Assembly (NCBI GenBank): GCA_016191525.1
Contig: JACPOK010000038.1
Coordinates: 100,973 to 164,972 of the forward strand
Direction: 5' to 3'
Source of the DNA: Burkholderiales bacterium
Lineage (GTDB): Bacteria; Pseudomonadota; Gammaproteobacteria; Burkholderiales; Burkholderiaceae_C
Length of the DNA: 64,000 bases
The stretch's first letter is position 1. Each line of letters starts with the position of its first letter. Positions 44,877 to 55,424 of this stretch are shown one piece after another. The translations under genes were made by a program, and so were the position numbers. The notes beneath the pieces are model-generated. The model made no database searches. It saw nothing but the letters and a program-made list of their open reading frames with translations, and was not told the DNA's origin.

Positions 44877-46881
44877 CCACCACCCCGGCCGCGGGTGCCA
44901 GCGCCTCGAGCGCCTGGGCGAACTCCGCGGCCGATTGAATCCGCCGCATCGGCGGCAGCGCCGCCAGCAGGCGGCGCCCGTATCCCATCGTGGCCAGCCG
45001 CGAGTCGCACACCACGAGCAGCCCCTGGTCTGATTCACGCCGGATCAGCCGGCCCGCGCCCTGCTTGAGCGCCACCGCGGCCTCGGGCACGAAATAGTCG
45101 TTGAAGGCGCTGCGCCCCTGCCCCTCCAGCCGCTGGGCACGGGCTTCGACCAGCGGGTCACCAGGCGGCGGGAACGGCAGCTTGTCGATCACCACCAGTT
45201 GCAGCGCATCACCGGGGATGTCCACGCCCTCCCAGAACGACGCGGAGGCGACGAGGACGCATCCGGCGCGGCCCTGCGAATCCCCCTCGCGGAAGCGCTC
45301 CATCAGCCGCCGCTTGGGCAGTTGCCCCTGCACCAGCACCTCGATCTCCAGCGAGCCTTCGAACCGCGCCTGCAGGGCCTCACCGATCGCGCGCAAGGCC
45401 CGCAGCGTGGTGGTGAGCACCATGGTGCGGCCGCCCAGCCGGCGGGCGCCGTCGGCGGCCAGCACGGCCACCTGTGCGCTGTGCCCGGGATCGCTGGGCT
45501 TGGGCAGGTCGCGCGGCACATAGACAGCCGCCTGGCTGGCATAGTTAAACGGGCTTCCCACCCGCAGGACTTCCGCCCCCGCCAGCCCGCACGGCTCGGT
45601 GAACCAGGTCAGGCCGGCGTCATCGCCCAGCGTGGCCGAGGTGAATATCCATGAACGGGTGGAGGCTTCGGCGCCATCCTCGCCTGCGCGCAGCAGTTTT
45701 TCCTGCACGGCCTTGGCGATGTCCAGGGGTGACTCCACCAGGCGCAGTTGCGTGCCCACATCCACCCACCGCACCGAACCCGCCGCGCAGGGCAAGGCAA
45801 AGGCGGCGGCCCGCTCGGCGAACTGCGTGGCGCGTTCATGCAGGCGGGCGAAATCAGGCGCGATCTCGCTCACCGTGTCCAGCGCCTCAATGACCTCGCC
45901 GCAGGCCGTGCGCACGTCTTCCAGCGCCTGCCGCCACGGCAGGGCGTCCACCTGCTCAGGCGCCTCGCCCGTCCAGCGCAGCTTGGCGCCGGGCCAGCTC
46001 TTGCCGACCACCAGGCGCAGGTCGCGCGCCGCGCGCTCGGTGCCTGCCGCGAGCTGCTGCCAGTCGGCCAGGCCGCGCGCCAGCTGCAGGCCCGCGCCCA
46101 GCAGGTCGCGGCTGAAATCCAGCAGCTGGCCGGTGGTGAGGTGGCTGCCCAGGAACTGAACGCCGGTCTCGTTGAGCTGGTGCGCCTCGTCAAAAATCGC
46201 CACCCGCACCGTGGGCAGCAGTTCCGCCATGCCCGACTCGCGTACCGCCAGGTCTGCAAAGAAGAGATGGTGGTTGATCACCACAACGTCGGCGGCCAGC
46301 GCTTCGCGGCGCGCCGTGTTCACGTGGCAGCCGCGGAATCTGGGGCACTGGGCGCCCAGGCAGTTTTCCCGCGTGGAGGTGACGAGCGGGATCAGTGGCG
46401 AACGCTCGTCCAGGCCGGACAGCTCGGCCAGGTCGCCGGTGCGGGTGGACTGTGCCCAGGCTTCCACCTTGGCCAGGGTGCGCGCCGAAGTGCGGTCGGG
46501 CAGCGTGGCCTCGTTCCTGGCGAGCTCCATCCGGTGCACGCAGAGATAGCTGCCACGCCCCTTGAGCAGCGCGGTGCGCACCGGCAGGCCCAGGGCCTGC
46601 ACCAGCCGCGGCAGGTCGCGGCCGAATAGCTGGTCCTGCAGGGTCTTGGTGGCGGTGGACAGCAGCACGCGTTCACCGCTGAGGAGCGCCGGCACCAGGT
46701 ACGAGAAGGTCTTGCCCACGCCCGTGCCGGCCTCGACCACCAGCGCGCCGCCCTCCTGGATGATCCGGGCCACCGCCACGGCCATGTCGGTCTGGCCCTG
46801 GCGCGGCTGGAAATGGTCGGCCGCGCGCGACAGCACCCCGTGGGGCGCGAACGCTTCGCGGACCGCTGGCTCAAGGCTCAA
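44839..46881 (-). CDS. yoaA: ATP-dependent DNA helicase, DinG/YoaA family
   Basis: EAGTGVGKT, Fe-S cysteines (YLC, CLG..CP..C), DEAH, WEGVD, QGAGRLIR. The 3' end overlaps bamD. Confidence 0.88.
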   Translation of the reverse strand: MSLEPAVREAFAPHGVLSRAADHFQPRQGQTDMAVAVARIIQEGGALVVEAGTGVGKTFSYLVPALLSGERVLLSTATKTLQDQLFGRDLPRLVQALGLPVRTALLKGRGSYLCVHRMELARNEATLPDRTSARTLAKVEAWAQSTRTGDLAELSGLDERSPLIPLVTSTRENCLGAQCPRFRGCHVNTARREALAADVVVINHHLFFADLAVRESGMAELLPTVRVAIFDEAHQLNETGVQFLGSHLTTGQLLDFSRDLLGAGLQLARGLADWQQLAAGTERAARDLRLVVGKSWPGAKLRWTGEAPEQVDALPWRQALEDVRTACGEVIEALDTVSEIAPDFARLHERATQFAERAAAFALPCAAGSVRWVDVGTQLRLVESPLDIAKAVQEKLLRAGEDGAEASTRSWIFTSATLGDDAGLTWFTEPCGLAGAEVLRVGSPFNYASQAAVYVPRDLPKPSDPGHSAQVAVLAADGARRLGGRTMVLTTTLRALRAIGEALQARFEGSLEIEVLVQGQLPKRRLMERFREGDSQGRAGCVLVASASFWEGVDIPGDALQLVVIDKLPFPPPGDPLVEARAQRLEGQGRSAFNDYFVPEAAVALKQGAGRLIRRESDQGLLVVCDSRLATMGYGRRLLAALPPMRRIQSAAEFAQALEALAPAAGVVATRTSTTDPGWT

Positions 46882-46888
46882 GAAAAGC

Positions 46889-47092
46889 TCATGCAGGTTC
46901 TTTGGGGTCCAGGGCCAGCTCCAGCCTGGAAATCTGGTCCCGCAGGCCCAGGCGGCGCTTCTTCAGCCGCCGCATCATCAGCTCGTCCAAGGGCGTTTCC
47001 TGGCCCAGCCGGTCGATCAGTGCGTCCAGGTCGGCGTGCTCCATCTTCAATTCGATCAGGTGGCGCTCGGGGGAGTGGAGATTGGAGTCCAA
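46889..47092 (-). CDS. DUF465 (YdcH-like) small coiled-coil protein
   Basis: TTG start; LKMEHADLDALID...RRLKKRRLGLRDQI. Confidence 0.8.
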   Translation of the reverse strand: MDSNLHSPERHLIELKMEHADLDALIDRLGQETPLDELMMRRLKKRRLGLRDQISRLELALDPKEPA

Positions 47093-47206
47093 GGGAATGG
47101 GGCTGGCGCAATGGCCGGGGCTCGGGTTCACCCGATAATACGTGCTTGGCGGCGTTTAATCGAGCGCCCCAGCCCATAATGGGCCGACGAAAGAACCCCC
47201 CTGAAC

Positions 47207-47968
47207 ATGGCAAAAGGCTACCGACTCACCGCTTCGACGGGCATCCACAAGGGTGACCGCGAATACCAGCAGGACCAGATTGCGCTGATCAGCCATCCGC
47301 GCATCACCGGCTGCGTGATGGGCGTGGTCGCCGACGGCATGGGCGGGCGCAGCGGCGGGCGCAAAGCCTCCGACCAGGTCATGATGACCGCCAAGCAGCT
47401 GTTCGAGCGCTACTCTCCCGAACACGACGACGCGCCCTCCCTGCTCAAGCAGATCGTGCAGGAAGCCCACATCGTCATCAAGCTGACGGCCATTTCCGCC
47501 GAGCAGGAGCCGCACAGCACGCTGGCCGTGTTCCTGATCAACCCGGCGGGCGACTGCCACTGGGTCCATGCGGGCGACTCGCGCATCTACCACTTCCACG
47601 GCAGCAAGCTGGTCAAGCGGACCATGGACCATTCCTACGTGCAGACGCTGGTGGACAAGGGCGAGATCACCGAGGAAGAAGCCAACGTGCACCCGCAGTC
47701 CAACATCCTGATGGGCTGCCTGGGCTCGGAGGACGATCCGCCGGCAGACATCCACTTCATCCCGCAGCTGCGGCCGGGCGACGTGCTCATGTCATGCAGC
47801 GACGGCGTGTGGCACTACTTCAGCCCGAACGAGCTGGGCTCGGTGCTGTCGTCGCTCTCGCCGCGCGAGGCCACGGAGTTCCTCATCGAAAAGGCGCGCT
47901 CCCGCGCCCGCGGCGGCGGCGACAACCTGTCGCTGGTGATCGTCAAGCTGGAACCGCTGGAAAGCTGA
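47207..47968 (+). CDS. PP2C-family Ser/Thr protein phosphatase
   Basis: QQD, VADGMGG, HAGDSR, CSDG, GGDN. Confidence 0.9.
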   Translation: MAKGYRLTASTGIHKGDREYQQDQIALISHPRITGCVMGVVADGMGGRSGGRKASDQVMMTAKQLFERYSPEHDDAPSLLKQIVQEAHIVIKLTAISAEQEPHSTLAVFLINPAGDCHWVHAGDSRIYHFHGSKLVKRTMDHSYVQTLVDKGEITEEEANVHPQSNILMGCLGSEDDPPADIHFIPQLRPGDVLMSCSDGVWHYFSPNELGSVLSSLSPREATEFLIEKARSRARGGGDNLSLVIVKLEPLES

Positions 47969-47974
47969 GCCGGC

Positions 47975-48604
47975 TCAGGGCGGCACGGGCAGGGGCTTGA
48001 CCTCTTCCTTTTTGGGCTCCGCCAGTTTCTTCGCGACACGGTCCTTGCGTTCCTGCGCTTCCTTCTGGCGCTCAAGCACCTTGGCTTTTTCCTGTGCGGC
48101 CCGCGCCGCCTTGGCGTCGCGCGCGGCCTGCTCCGAAGCGGCTTTCTGCCGGGCCTGGCTTTCCCGTTGCGCGGCCCGCTCTTTCTGCGAAGCCAGCGCG
48201 GCGGGGCGCTCCGCCGCCTTCTGGGCTGCGTGCTCTTCCTTGGTGGCCTGCTCCGTCGCGGCCCGCAGCCGCGTGCTGGAATTCAGCTCCTGTTTTTGCG
48301 TGGAGGTTTTCTCTTCGATGGCGCGCACGCGTTCGGCGCCGCGCCGCTTGCGCTCGGCGTCGCTGAGCGAGATCTCCTGCCGGCGCAGGTCGGACAGCAC
48401 TTCGCGCCGGCGCGCCTTGGCGGCGGCCAGGCAGTCATTCACCGCGAATTTCTGCCAGCAGTCTTTCTGGTCGGCGGCATAGCGCGCCTCGGCCTCCGCG
48501 CGCAGGGACACGATGCGGGCCTGCTCGGCCTCGATGCGCTGGGGCGTTTCGGCCTGGGCCAGCGAGCAGGCCAGCACGGCAAGGATGAGGCAAGGTGTTT
48601 TCAT
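47975..48604 (-). CDS. Exported hypothetical protein with a Cys pair and a highly charged coiled coil
   Basis: Signal peptide MKTPCLILAVLACSLAQA; CWQKFAVNDC; overlaps the zapE stop. Confidence 0.7.
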   Translation of the reverse strand: MKTPCLILAVLACSLAQAETPQRIEAEQARIVSLRAEAEARYAADQKDCWQKFAVNDCLAAAKARRREVLSDLRRQEISLSDAERKRRGAERVRAIEEKTSTQKQELNSSTRLRAATEQATKEEHAAQKAAERPAALASQKERAAQRESQARQKAASEQAARDAKAARAAQEKAKVLERQKEAQERKDRVAKKLAEPKKEEVKPLPVPP

Positions 48605-49701
48605 GTCAGGCGGGTATCCACAGTGCGGCGGTCCAGCGCCAGGAACCGCGCCGACTGCATTTCCGTCAGGCGCGACACCGTGCGCGGGAACTCATGGGCC
48701 AGCGGCCCCTCCGTGTACAACGCCGCCGGTGGCACTTCAGCCGACATGATAAGTTTCACGTGCCGGTCGTACAGCACATCCACCAGCCAGGTGAAACGCC
48801 GGGCCTCTGAAGCCATGCGCACGGGCATATAGGGCACACCGGAAAGCAGCACGGTGTGGAACTGGCTCGCGATCTCCAGGTAGTCGTTCTGCGAACGCGG
48901 CCCGCCGCACAGCGTGCGAAAGTCGAACCAGACCACCCCGCCGGCCTTGCGCCGGGCCCGGATCTCGCGGGACTCGATGTGCAGCACCGGGTCTTCATCG
49001 CGCGTTTCGGCCAGCCGGGTAAAGGCCTCGTCCATCGCCGCATCCGCCTGCGGCCCCAGCGGCGTGTGGTAGAGCTTGACCTGCGCCATGGTGAGGCTGC
49101 GGTAGTCGGTGCCGTTGTCCACACCGATGACTTCCAGCTTCTCGTTGAGCAGAGCTATGGCGGGCAGGACGCGGTCGCGGTGCAGCCCATCGGGATACAG
49201 GTCATCAGGCTTGAAATTGGACGTTGTGACGAACCCCACGCCGTTGTCGAACAGCGCCAGCAGCAGCCGGTGCAGGATCATCGCGTCGGTGATGTCCGCC
49301 ACGTGGAATTCGTCGAAGCAGATCAGGCGATGGCGTTTTGCCATCCGCGCGCCCAGCTCGTCCAGCGGGTTCACCGTGCCCTGCAGCTCGGACAGTTCGC
49401 GGTGCACTTCGCGCATGAACTCGTGGAAGTGCAGGCGCGTCTTGCGCACCAGCGGCACGGCATTGAAGAAGCAGTCCATCAGGAAGCTCTTGCCGCGGCC
49501 CACGCCCCCGTACATGTACACCCCACGCGGGATATCGGGCCGGTTGATCAGCTTCTTCAGGGGGTTGGAGCGCTGCTCCTTGAACTGCGCCCATTCGCGG
49601 GCGCAGCGGTCCAGGGCTTCAACGGCGCGAAGCTGCGCGGGGTCGCTTGTGTAACCCCGCGCCAGAAGCTCCGCATCGTAGGCCTCGCGGACTGAAGTCA
49701 C
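48601..49701 (-). CDS. zapE: Cell division AAA+ ATPase ZapE (AFG1 family)
   Basis: GGVGRGKS, RLHFHEFM, CFDEF, ARRFTWLVD. Confidence 0.92.
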   Translation of the reverse strand: MTSVREAYDAELLARGYTSDPAQLRAVEALDRCAREWAQFKEQRSNPLKKLINRPDIPRGVYMYGGVGRGKSFLMDCFFNAVPLVRKTRLHFHEFMREVHRELSELQGTVNPLDELGARMAKRHRLICFDEFHVADITDAMILHRLLLALFDNGVGFVTTSNFKPDDLYPDGLHRDRVLPAIALLNEKLEVIGVDNGTDYRSLTMAQVKLYHTPLGPQADAAMDEAFTRLAETRDEDPVLHIESREIRARRKAGGVVWFDFRTLCGGPRSQNDYLEIASQFHTVLLSGVPYMPVRMASEARRFTWLVDVLYDRHVKLIMSAEVPPAALYTEGPLAHEFPRTVSRLTEMQSARFLALDRRTVDTRLT

Positions 49702-49702
49702 G

Positions 49703-51121
49703 CTAGAAATTCAGTGTGCGCTTGTCGACGGCCAGCGCCGCTTCCTTGGTGGCCTCGGACAGCGACGGGTGCGCATGGCAGATGCGGGCCAGGTCTTCCG
49801 AGGACGCGCGGAACGCCATCGCCACCACGCACTCGGCGATCAGTTCACTGGCCATGGGGCCCACGATGTGCACGCCCAGGATTTCGTCGGTGGCGGCATC
49901 GGCCAGCATCTTCACCATGCCGGTGGTGTCGCCCAGCGCCCGCGCACGGCCGTTGGCCATGAAAGGGAAGGTGCCGGCCTTGTACTTCACGCCCGCGGCC
50001 TTGAGCTGCTGCTCGGTCTGGCCGACCCAGGCGATTTCCGGGCTGGTGTAGATCACCCAGGGAATGGTGTTGAAGTTCACGTGGCCGTGCTGGCCGGCGA
50101 TGCGCTCGGCCACCGCGACGCCCTCCTCCTCGGCCTTGTGCGCGAGCATGGGGCCGCGCACCACGTCGCCGATGGCCCACACGCCCGGCAGGTTGGTCCG
50201 GCACTCCTCATCGACGACCACGGCGCCGCGCTCGTCCAGCTTCAGGCCAACGGCTTCGGGATTCAGGCCGATGGTATTGGGCACGCGGCCGATGGAGACG
50301 ATCAGCTTGTCAACATCCAGCGCCTGCGCCTCGCCCCTGGCATTCGTATAGGCGATCGACACGCCCTTCTTGCCCGTCTTGATTTCGCCCACCTTCACGC
50401 CCAGCTCGATCTTCAGGCCCTGCTTGTCGAAGGCCTTCTTCGCTTCCCTGGCGATCTGCTCGTCCACCGCGCCCAGGAAAGTGGGCAGGCCTTCGAGGAT
50501 GGTCACGTCCGAGCCGAGGCGCCGCCAGACGGAACCCATCTCCAGCCCGATGACGCCGGAGCCGATCAGGCCCAGCTTCTTCGGTACGCCCTGGATGCGC
50601 AGCGCGCCGTCGTTCGAAAGGATGTTCTCCTCGTCGAACGGCGTGCCGGGCAGCGCGCGGGCATTGGAGCCGGTGGCCACGATGATGTTCTTGCCCACCA
50701 GCGACTCTTCGCCAGCCTTGACTTCGTAGCCGCCGTCCGCGGCCTTCGCGAACGAGCCGCGGCCGTGGAAAAACGTCACCTTGTTCTTCTTGAACAGGAA
50801 CACGATGCCGTCGTTGTTCTGCTTCACGACCGTGTCCTTGCGGGCCAGCATCTTCGCGGCATCCAGCGCCAGGCCTTTCACTTCAATGCCGTGTTCGGCG
50901 AAGTGCTTGCCGGCGTGCTCGAAGTGTTCCGAGGACTGCAGCAGCGCCTTGGACGGGATGCAGCCTACGTTGGTGCAGGTGCCGCCCAGGGCCGGGCCGC
51001 CCTTGGCGTTCTTCCATTCGTCGATGCAGGCGGTGTTGAAGCCCAGCTGCGCCGCGCGGATGGCGGCGATGTAGCCGCCGGGACCGCCGCCGATGACGAT
51101 CACGTCAAAGTTCTTTGCCAT
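49703..51121 (-). CDS. lpdA: Dihydrolipoamide dehydrogenase (E3)
   Basis: [25 protein letters not shown]. Start reassigned to 51121. Confidence 0.96.
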   Translation of the reverse strand: MAKNFDVIVIGGGPGGYIAAIRAAQLGFNTACIDEWKNAKGGPALGGTCTNVGCIPSKALLQSSEHFEHAGKHFAEHGIEVKGLALDAAKMLARKDTVVKQNNDGIVFLFKKNKVTFFHGRGSFAKAADGGYEVKAGEESLVGKNIIVATGSNARALPGTPFDEENILSNDGALRIQGVPKKLGLIGSGVIGLEMGSVWRRLGSDVTILEGLPTFLGAVDEQIAREAKKAFDKQGLKIELGVKVGEIKTGKKGVSIAYTNARGEAQALDVDKLIVSIGRVPNTIGLNPEAVGLKLDERGAVVVDEECRTNLPGVWAIGDVVRGPMLAHKAEEEGVAVAERIAGQHGHVNFNTIPWVIYTSPEIAWVGQTEQQLKAAGVKYKAGTFPFMANGRARALGDTTGMVKMLADAATDEILGVHIVGPMASELIAECVVAMAFRASSEDLARICHAHPSLSEATKEAALAVDKRTLNF

Positions 51122-51131
51122 CTTCGGTACC

Positions 51132-52388
51132 TCAGATGTCAAAGAGAAGGCGCGACGGATCTTCCAGCGCTTCCTTCATCGCCACCAGGCCCAGCACGGC
51201 TTCGCGGCCGTCGATGATGCGGTGGTCGTAGCTCATGGCCAGGTAGTTCATCGGCCGCACCACCACCTGCCCGTTCTCCACGACGGCGCGGTCCTTGGTG
51301 GCGTGCACGCCCAGGATGGCCGATTGCGGCGGATTGATGATGGGGGTGGACAGCATCGAGCCGAACACGCCGCCGTTGGAAATGGAAAAGGTGCCGCCGG
51401 TCATCTCTTCGATGCCCAGCTTTCCGTCGCGCGCCTTGGCGCCGTACTCGGCGATCTTCTTCTCGATGTCGGCGAAGCTCATCTGGTCGGCATTGCGCAG
51501 GATGGGCACCACCAGGCCGCGCGGGGAGCCCACGGCGATGCCGATGTCGAAGTAGCCGTGGTAGACGATGTCGTTGCCGTCGACCGATGCGTTGATCACC
51601 GGGTATTTCTTCAGCGCATGAACCGCCGCCTTCACGAAGAAGCTCATGAAGCCGATCTTCACGCCGTGCTCCTTCTCGAACTTCTCCTGGAAGCGCTTGC
51701 GCATTTCCATCACCGGAGCCATGTTCACTTCGTTGAACGTGGTGAGGATGGCGTTGCTCGACTGCGACTGCAGCAGGCGCTCGGCCACGCGGGCCCGCAG
51801 TCGGCTCATGGGCACGCGCTGTTCGGGCCGCTGCCCCAGGTCCGGCGCCGCCACGGACGCGTTCACCTGGGGGAGGAAAGCGGCTGCAGGGCGCGCCGGC
51901 TGTGCTTGGGCAGCTACAGATTTAGGAGCAGACGCAGCGCCGAGCACGTCCGCCTTGAGCACGCGGCCGTCCTTGCCGGTGCCCGGCACGGAGCCGGCGG
52001 CCAGGTTGTTGTCGGCCATCAGCTTGGCGGCTGCCGGCATCGCGATGCCGGCCTTGCTGCCCACCGAAGCGGCGGCTGCCGGCGCCGCCGCAGCGGCGGG
52101 CACGGCAGCTGCTGCGGCCGGGGCCGGGGCCACCGCCACGCTCTTGCCGTCGGTATCGATCTTCGCGATCAGCTGCTCGGCGGCCACCGTGCTGCCGTCG
52201 GCCTGCACGATTTCGGCCAACACGCCGGCTGCGGGCGCGGGCACTTCCAGCACCACCTTGTCGGTCTCGATCTCGATCAGGATCTCATCCATCGCCACGG
52301 CGTCGCCGGGCTTCTTTTTCCACTGCAGCAGGGTTGCCTCGGCAACCGATTCGGACAGCTGCGGGACTTTGACTTCTACGATAGCCAT
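51132..52388 (-). CDS. sucB: 2-oxoglutarate dehydrogenase E2 (dihydrolipoyl succinyltransferase)
   Basis: Lipoyl domain ETDKV, E3-binding domain [17 protein letters not shown]. Confidence 0.96.
   Translation of the reverse strand: MAIVEVKVPQLSESVAEATLLQWKKKPGDAVAMDEILIEIETDKVVLEVPAPAAGVLAEIVQADGSTVAAEQLIAKIDTDGKSVAVAPAPAAAAAVPAAAAAPAAAASVGSKAGIAMPAAAKLMADNNLAAGSVPGTGKDGRVLKADVLGAASAPKSVAAQAQPARPAAAFLPQVNASVAAPDLGQRPEQRVPMSRLRARVAERLLQSQSSNAILTTFNEVNMAPVMEMRKRFQEKFEKEHGVKIGFMSFFVKAAVHALKKYPVINASVDGNDIVYHGYFDIGIAVGSPRGLVVPILRNADQMSFADIEKKIAEYGAKARDGKLGIEEMTGGTFSISNGGVFGSMLSTPIINPPQSAILGVHATKDRAVVENGQVVVRPMNYLAMSYDHRIIDGREAVLGLVAMKEALEDPSRLLFDI
51876..51930 (+). repeat. ~56-bp repeat, copy D (antisense, in frame in the SucB linker)
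   Basis: GAAAGCGGCTGCAGGGCGCGCCGGCTGTGCTTGGGCAGCTACAGATTTAGGAGCA; read on the minus strand as [18 protein letters not shown]. Confidence 0.82.
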
Positions 52389-52405
52389 TTTTCTGTTCGT
52401 TTTCG

Positions 52406-55276
52406 TTATTTGGTTAAGACGAAGCCCTTGAGCTTGCCGAAGGCGCCGTCGACCAGGGCCTTCTGCTGCTCCTGGTGCAGGTGCGAGTAGCCCACCGCGG
52501 GCGAGGCGGAGGCGGCGCGGCCGGAGTAACCCAGCTTCTGGCCTTCCAGCATGTTCTCGTGGATGTAGTGCTGCACGAAGAACCAGGCGCCCTGGTTCTG
52601 CGGCTCGTCCTGCGTCCAGACGATGTCGGTGGCGTTCGGGTACTTCTTGAGCTCGGCCGCGAAGGCCTTGTGCGGGAACGGATAGAGCTGCTCCACGCGC
52701 AGGATGACCGTGTCGTCAGCGCCCTTTTCCTCGCGCTTCTTGGCCAGGTCGTAATACACCTTGCCCGAGCACAGCACGATGCGCTTGACCTTCTCGGCCT
52801 TCAGTTCCTTGTTCTCGGGAATGATGGTCTGGAAGCTGCCCTTGGTGAACTCCACCAGCGGCGAGGCGGCGTCCTTGTTCCGAAGCAGCGACTTGGGCGT
52901 CATGATGATCAGTGGCTTGCGCAGCGGGCGGATCATCTGGCGGCGCAGCACATGGAAGATCTGGCTGGCCGTGGTCGGCTGCACCACCTGGATGTTGGTG
53001 TCGGCCGACAGCTGCATGAAGCGCTCCAGCCGCGCCGAGCTGTGCTCCGGGCCCTGGCCTTCATAGCCGTGCGGCAGCATCAGCGTGATGCCGTTCACGC
53101 GGCCCCACTTCACTTCACCCGAGGCGATGAACTGGTCGATCACCACCTGTGCGCCGTTGGCGAAATCGCCGAACTGCGCTTCCCAGATCACCAGGGTATT
53201 GGGGTCGTTGGAGGCATAGCCGTACTCGAAACCCAGCACCGCCTCTTCGGACAGGATGGAGTCGATCACGACGTAGGGGGCCTGGTTGTCGGCCACGTTG
53301 CACAGCGGCGTGTAGGTGCCGATGTCCCACTTTTCGCGGTTCTGGTCGTGCAGCACAGAGTGCCGGTGGGTGAAGGTGCCCCGCCCGCAATCCTCGCCCG
53401 ACAGGCGCACCGGGTAGCCGCTGGCCACCAGCGATGCGAAGGCCATGTGCTCGCCCATGCCCCAGTCGACATTGGTCTCGCCGCGGCCCATGGCGGCGCG
53501 GTCGTCCAGCACTTTCTTGACCAGGGGATGCGCAGTGAAGTCGGCCGGCAAAGTGGTGATCTTCTCGGCCAGGCGCTTCCATTCCGCGGTGGGAATGGCC
53601 GTGTCGGCCGCGTCGGTCCACTTCTTGCCCAGGTAAGGGCTCCAGTCGACCGCGTACTTGCTCTTGAAGTTGGTCAGCACCGGGTCGAACGTGTTCTTGC
53701 CGGCGTCCAGCGCTGCGCGCAGCGCCTTGACCATGTCGTCGCCCAGCGTCTCGCCCATGCCCTGCGCCGTCAGCTTGTCGGCGTAGAGGCGCCTCGTGCC
53801 GGGGTGCTGGCCGATCTTCTTGTACATCAGCGGCTGGGTCAGGGAAGGCGTGTCCTGCTCGTTGTGGCCGAGCTTGCGGAAGCAGACGATGTCCACCACC
53901 ACGTCCTTGGCGAACTCCATGCGGTAGTCCAGCGCCAGGCGGGTGGCCAGCACCACGGCTTCGGGATCGTCGCCATTCACGTGCAGTACCGGCGCCTCGA
54001 TCATCTTGACGACGTCGGTGCAGTACAGCGTGGAGCGGCTGTCACGCGGGTCCGAGGTGGTGAAGCCGATCTGGTTGTTGATGACGATGTGCACCGTGCC
54101 GCCGGTGAAGTAGCCGCGGGTTTCGGCCAGCGCCAGCGTTTCCATCACCACGCCCTGCCCTGCGAAGGCGGCGTCGCCGTGCACCTGCACTGGCAGCACC
54201 TGCTTGCCCTGCGGGTCGGCGCGGCGGTCCATCCGGGCCCGAACGGACCCTTCGACCACAGGGTTGACGATTTCCAGGTGGGACGGGTTGAAGGCCAGCG
54301 TCAGGTGGACCGGGCCGCCGGAGGTGGTCACGTCCGAGCTGAAGCCCTGGTGGTACTTGACGTCACCGGAAGGCAGGTCTTCCTTGGCGGTGTGGTCGAA
54401 CTCGGCGAACAGGTCGGCCGGCACCTTGCCCAGCGAATTGACCAGCACATTCAGCCGGCCGCGATGCGCCATGCCGATCACGATTTCCTGCACGCCCTTG
54501 GCGCCGGCTTCCTGGATCAGCTCATCAAGGGAGGCGATGAAGCTCTCGCCGCCTTCCAGAGAAAAGCGCTTCTGGCCAACGTACTTGGTGTGCAGGAAGC
54601 GCTCCAGGCCTTCGGCAGCCGTCAGGCGGTCGAGGATGTGCCTTTTTTTCTCGGCCGAGAAGTTGGGCTTGCTGCGGATCGATTCGAGCTTTTGCTGCCA
54701 CCAGCGCTTCTTGCCCTGGTCGCTGATGTACATGTACTCGGCGCCGATGGTGCCGCAGTAGGTTTCGCGCAGCGCGTTGATCAGCTCGCGCAGCGACATC
54801 GACTCCTTGCCGAAGAAGGTGTTGCTGGTGTTGAACACGATTTCCTGGTCGGCATCCGAGAAGCCGTAGAAGGAAGCCTCGAGTTCGGGGATCTTTTCGC
54901 GCTCGGTGCGCTTCAGGGGGTCCAGGTCGGCCCAGCGGGCGCCGACGTTGCGGTAGGCGGCGATGAGCTGCTGCACGGCCGTGCGCTTGCGGCCCATTTC
55001 GGAGTCGGCGCCGGTGGCCTGCACCACGCGTGTGCCACCCTGCTTGGCGCGCTCGGCGAAGGCATTGACCACGGGCAGGTGCGGCACGTCCCTGGCATTG
55101 CTGCCGTCGACGGCGGGCACGTTCTGCAGGGCGTCGAAATAGTCGCGCCAGGTGTCGGGCACGCTGCCGGGGTTGGCGAGGTAGTTTTCGTACATCTCCT
55201 CGACATAGGGCGCGTTGCCGCCGAAGAGATAGGAATTGCCTTGATAGGCCGTGTAGACGGAGCTGGGCTCACTCAT
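52406..55276 (-). CDS. sucA: 2-oxoglutarate dehydrogenase E1
   Basis: [37 protein letters not shown]. Confidence 0.97.
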   Translation of the reverse strand: MSEPSSVYTAYQGNSYLFGGNAPYVEEMYENYLANPGSVPDTWRDYFDALQNVPAVDGSNARDVPHLPVVNAFAERAKQGGTRVVQATGADSEMGRKRTAVQQLIAAYRNVGARWADLDPLKRTEREKIPELEASFYGFSDADQEIVFNTSNTFFGKESMSLRELINALRETYCGTIGAEYMYISDQGKKRWWQQKLESIRSKPNFSAEKKRHILDRLTAAEGLERFLHTKYVGQKRFSLEGGESFIASLDELIQEAGAKGVQEIVIGMAHRGRLNVLVNSLGKVPADLFAEFDHTAKEDLPSGDVKYHQGFSSDVTTSGGPVHLTLAFNPSHLEIVNPVVEGSVRARMDRRADPQGKQVLPVQVHGDAAFAGQGVVMETLALAETRGYFTGGTVHIVINNQIGFTTSDPRDSRSTLYCTDVVKMIEAPVLHVNGDDPEAVVLATRLALDYRMEFAKDVVVDIVCFRKLGHNEQDTPSLTQPLMYKKIGQHPGTRRLYADKLTAQGMGETLGDDMVKALRAALDAGKNTFDPVLTNFKSKYAVDWSPYLGKKWTDAADTAIPTAEWKRLAEKITTLPADFTAHPLVKKVLDDRAAMGRGETNVDWGMGEHMAFASLVASGYPVRLSGEDCGRGTFTHRHSVLHDQNREKWDIGTYTPLCNVADNQAPYVVIDSILSEEAVLGFEYGYASNDPNTLVIWEAQFGDFANGAQVVIDQFIASGEVKWGRVNGITLMLPHGYEGQGPEHSSARLERFMQLSADTNIQVVQPTTASQIFHVLRRQMIRPLRKPLIIMTPKSLLRNKDAASPLVEFTKGSFQTIIPENKELKAEKVKRIVLCSGKVYYDLAKKREEKGADDTVILRVEQLYPFPHKAFAAELKKYPNATDIVWTQDEPQNQGAWFFVQHYIHENMLEGQKLGYSGRAASASPAVGYSHLHQEQQKALVDGAFGKLKGFVLTK

Positions 55277-55311
55277 GCTGTTCGCTGACTTTCCGTCTCC
55301 CTGCAGGAGAC

Positions 55312-55378
55312 ATTGGCTGGTTCAAGAAACCTCCCGCGACACGGCTGGACCGGATGGCGGATGCGACTGTGGCTGGAA
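55312..55378 (-). ncRNA. Probable sucA RNA motif (cis-regulatory leader)
   Basis: Minus strand ...GTCGCATCCGCCATCCGGTCCAGCCGTGTCGCGGGAGGTTTCTTGAACCAGC lies just 5' of sucA. It matches my recollection of the Burkholderiales sucA motif core (CCG..CGGTCAAGCCGTGTCGCGGAAGGTT..AACC). Not checked with Infernal. Confidence 0.7.
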
Positions 55379-55424
55379 GGGCCTGGTGTTGCAGCCCTGA
55401 TTGTGCCACCAACGGCTGGCGCTG

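Noticed and set aside
42972-47185. Weak repeat-like strings at about 42972-43015 and 47130-47185
   Set aside because: Hairpin spacing and the GCTA...AGCA end are not preserved.
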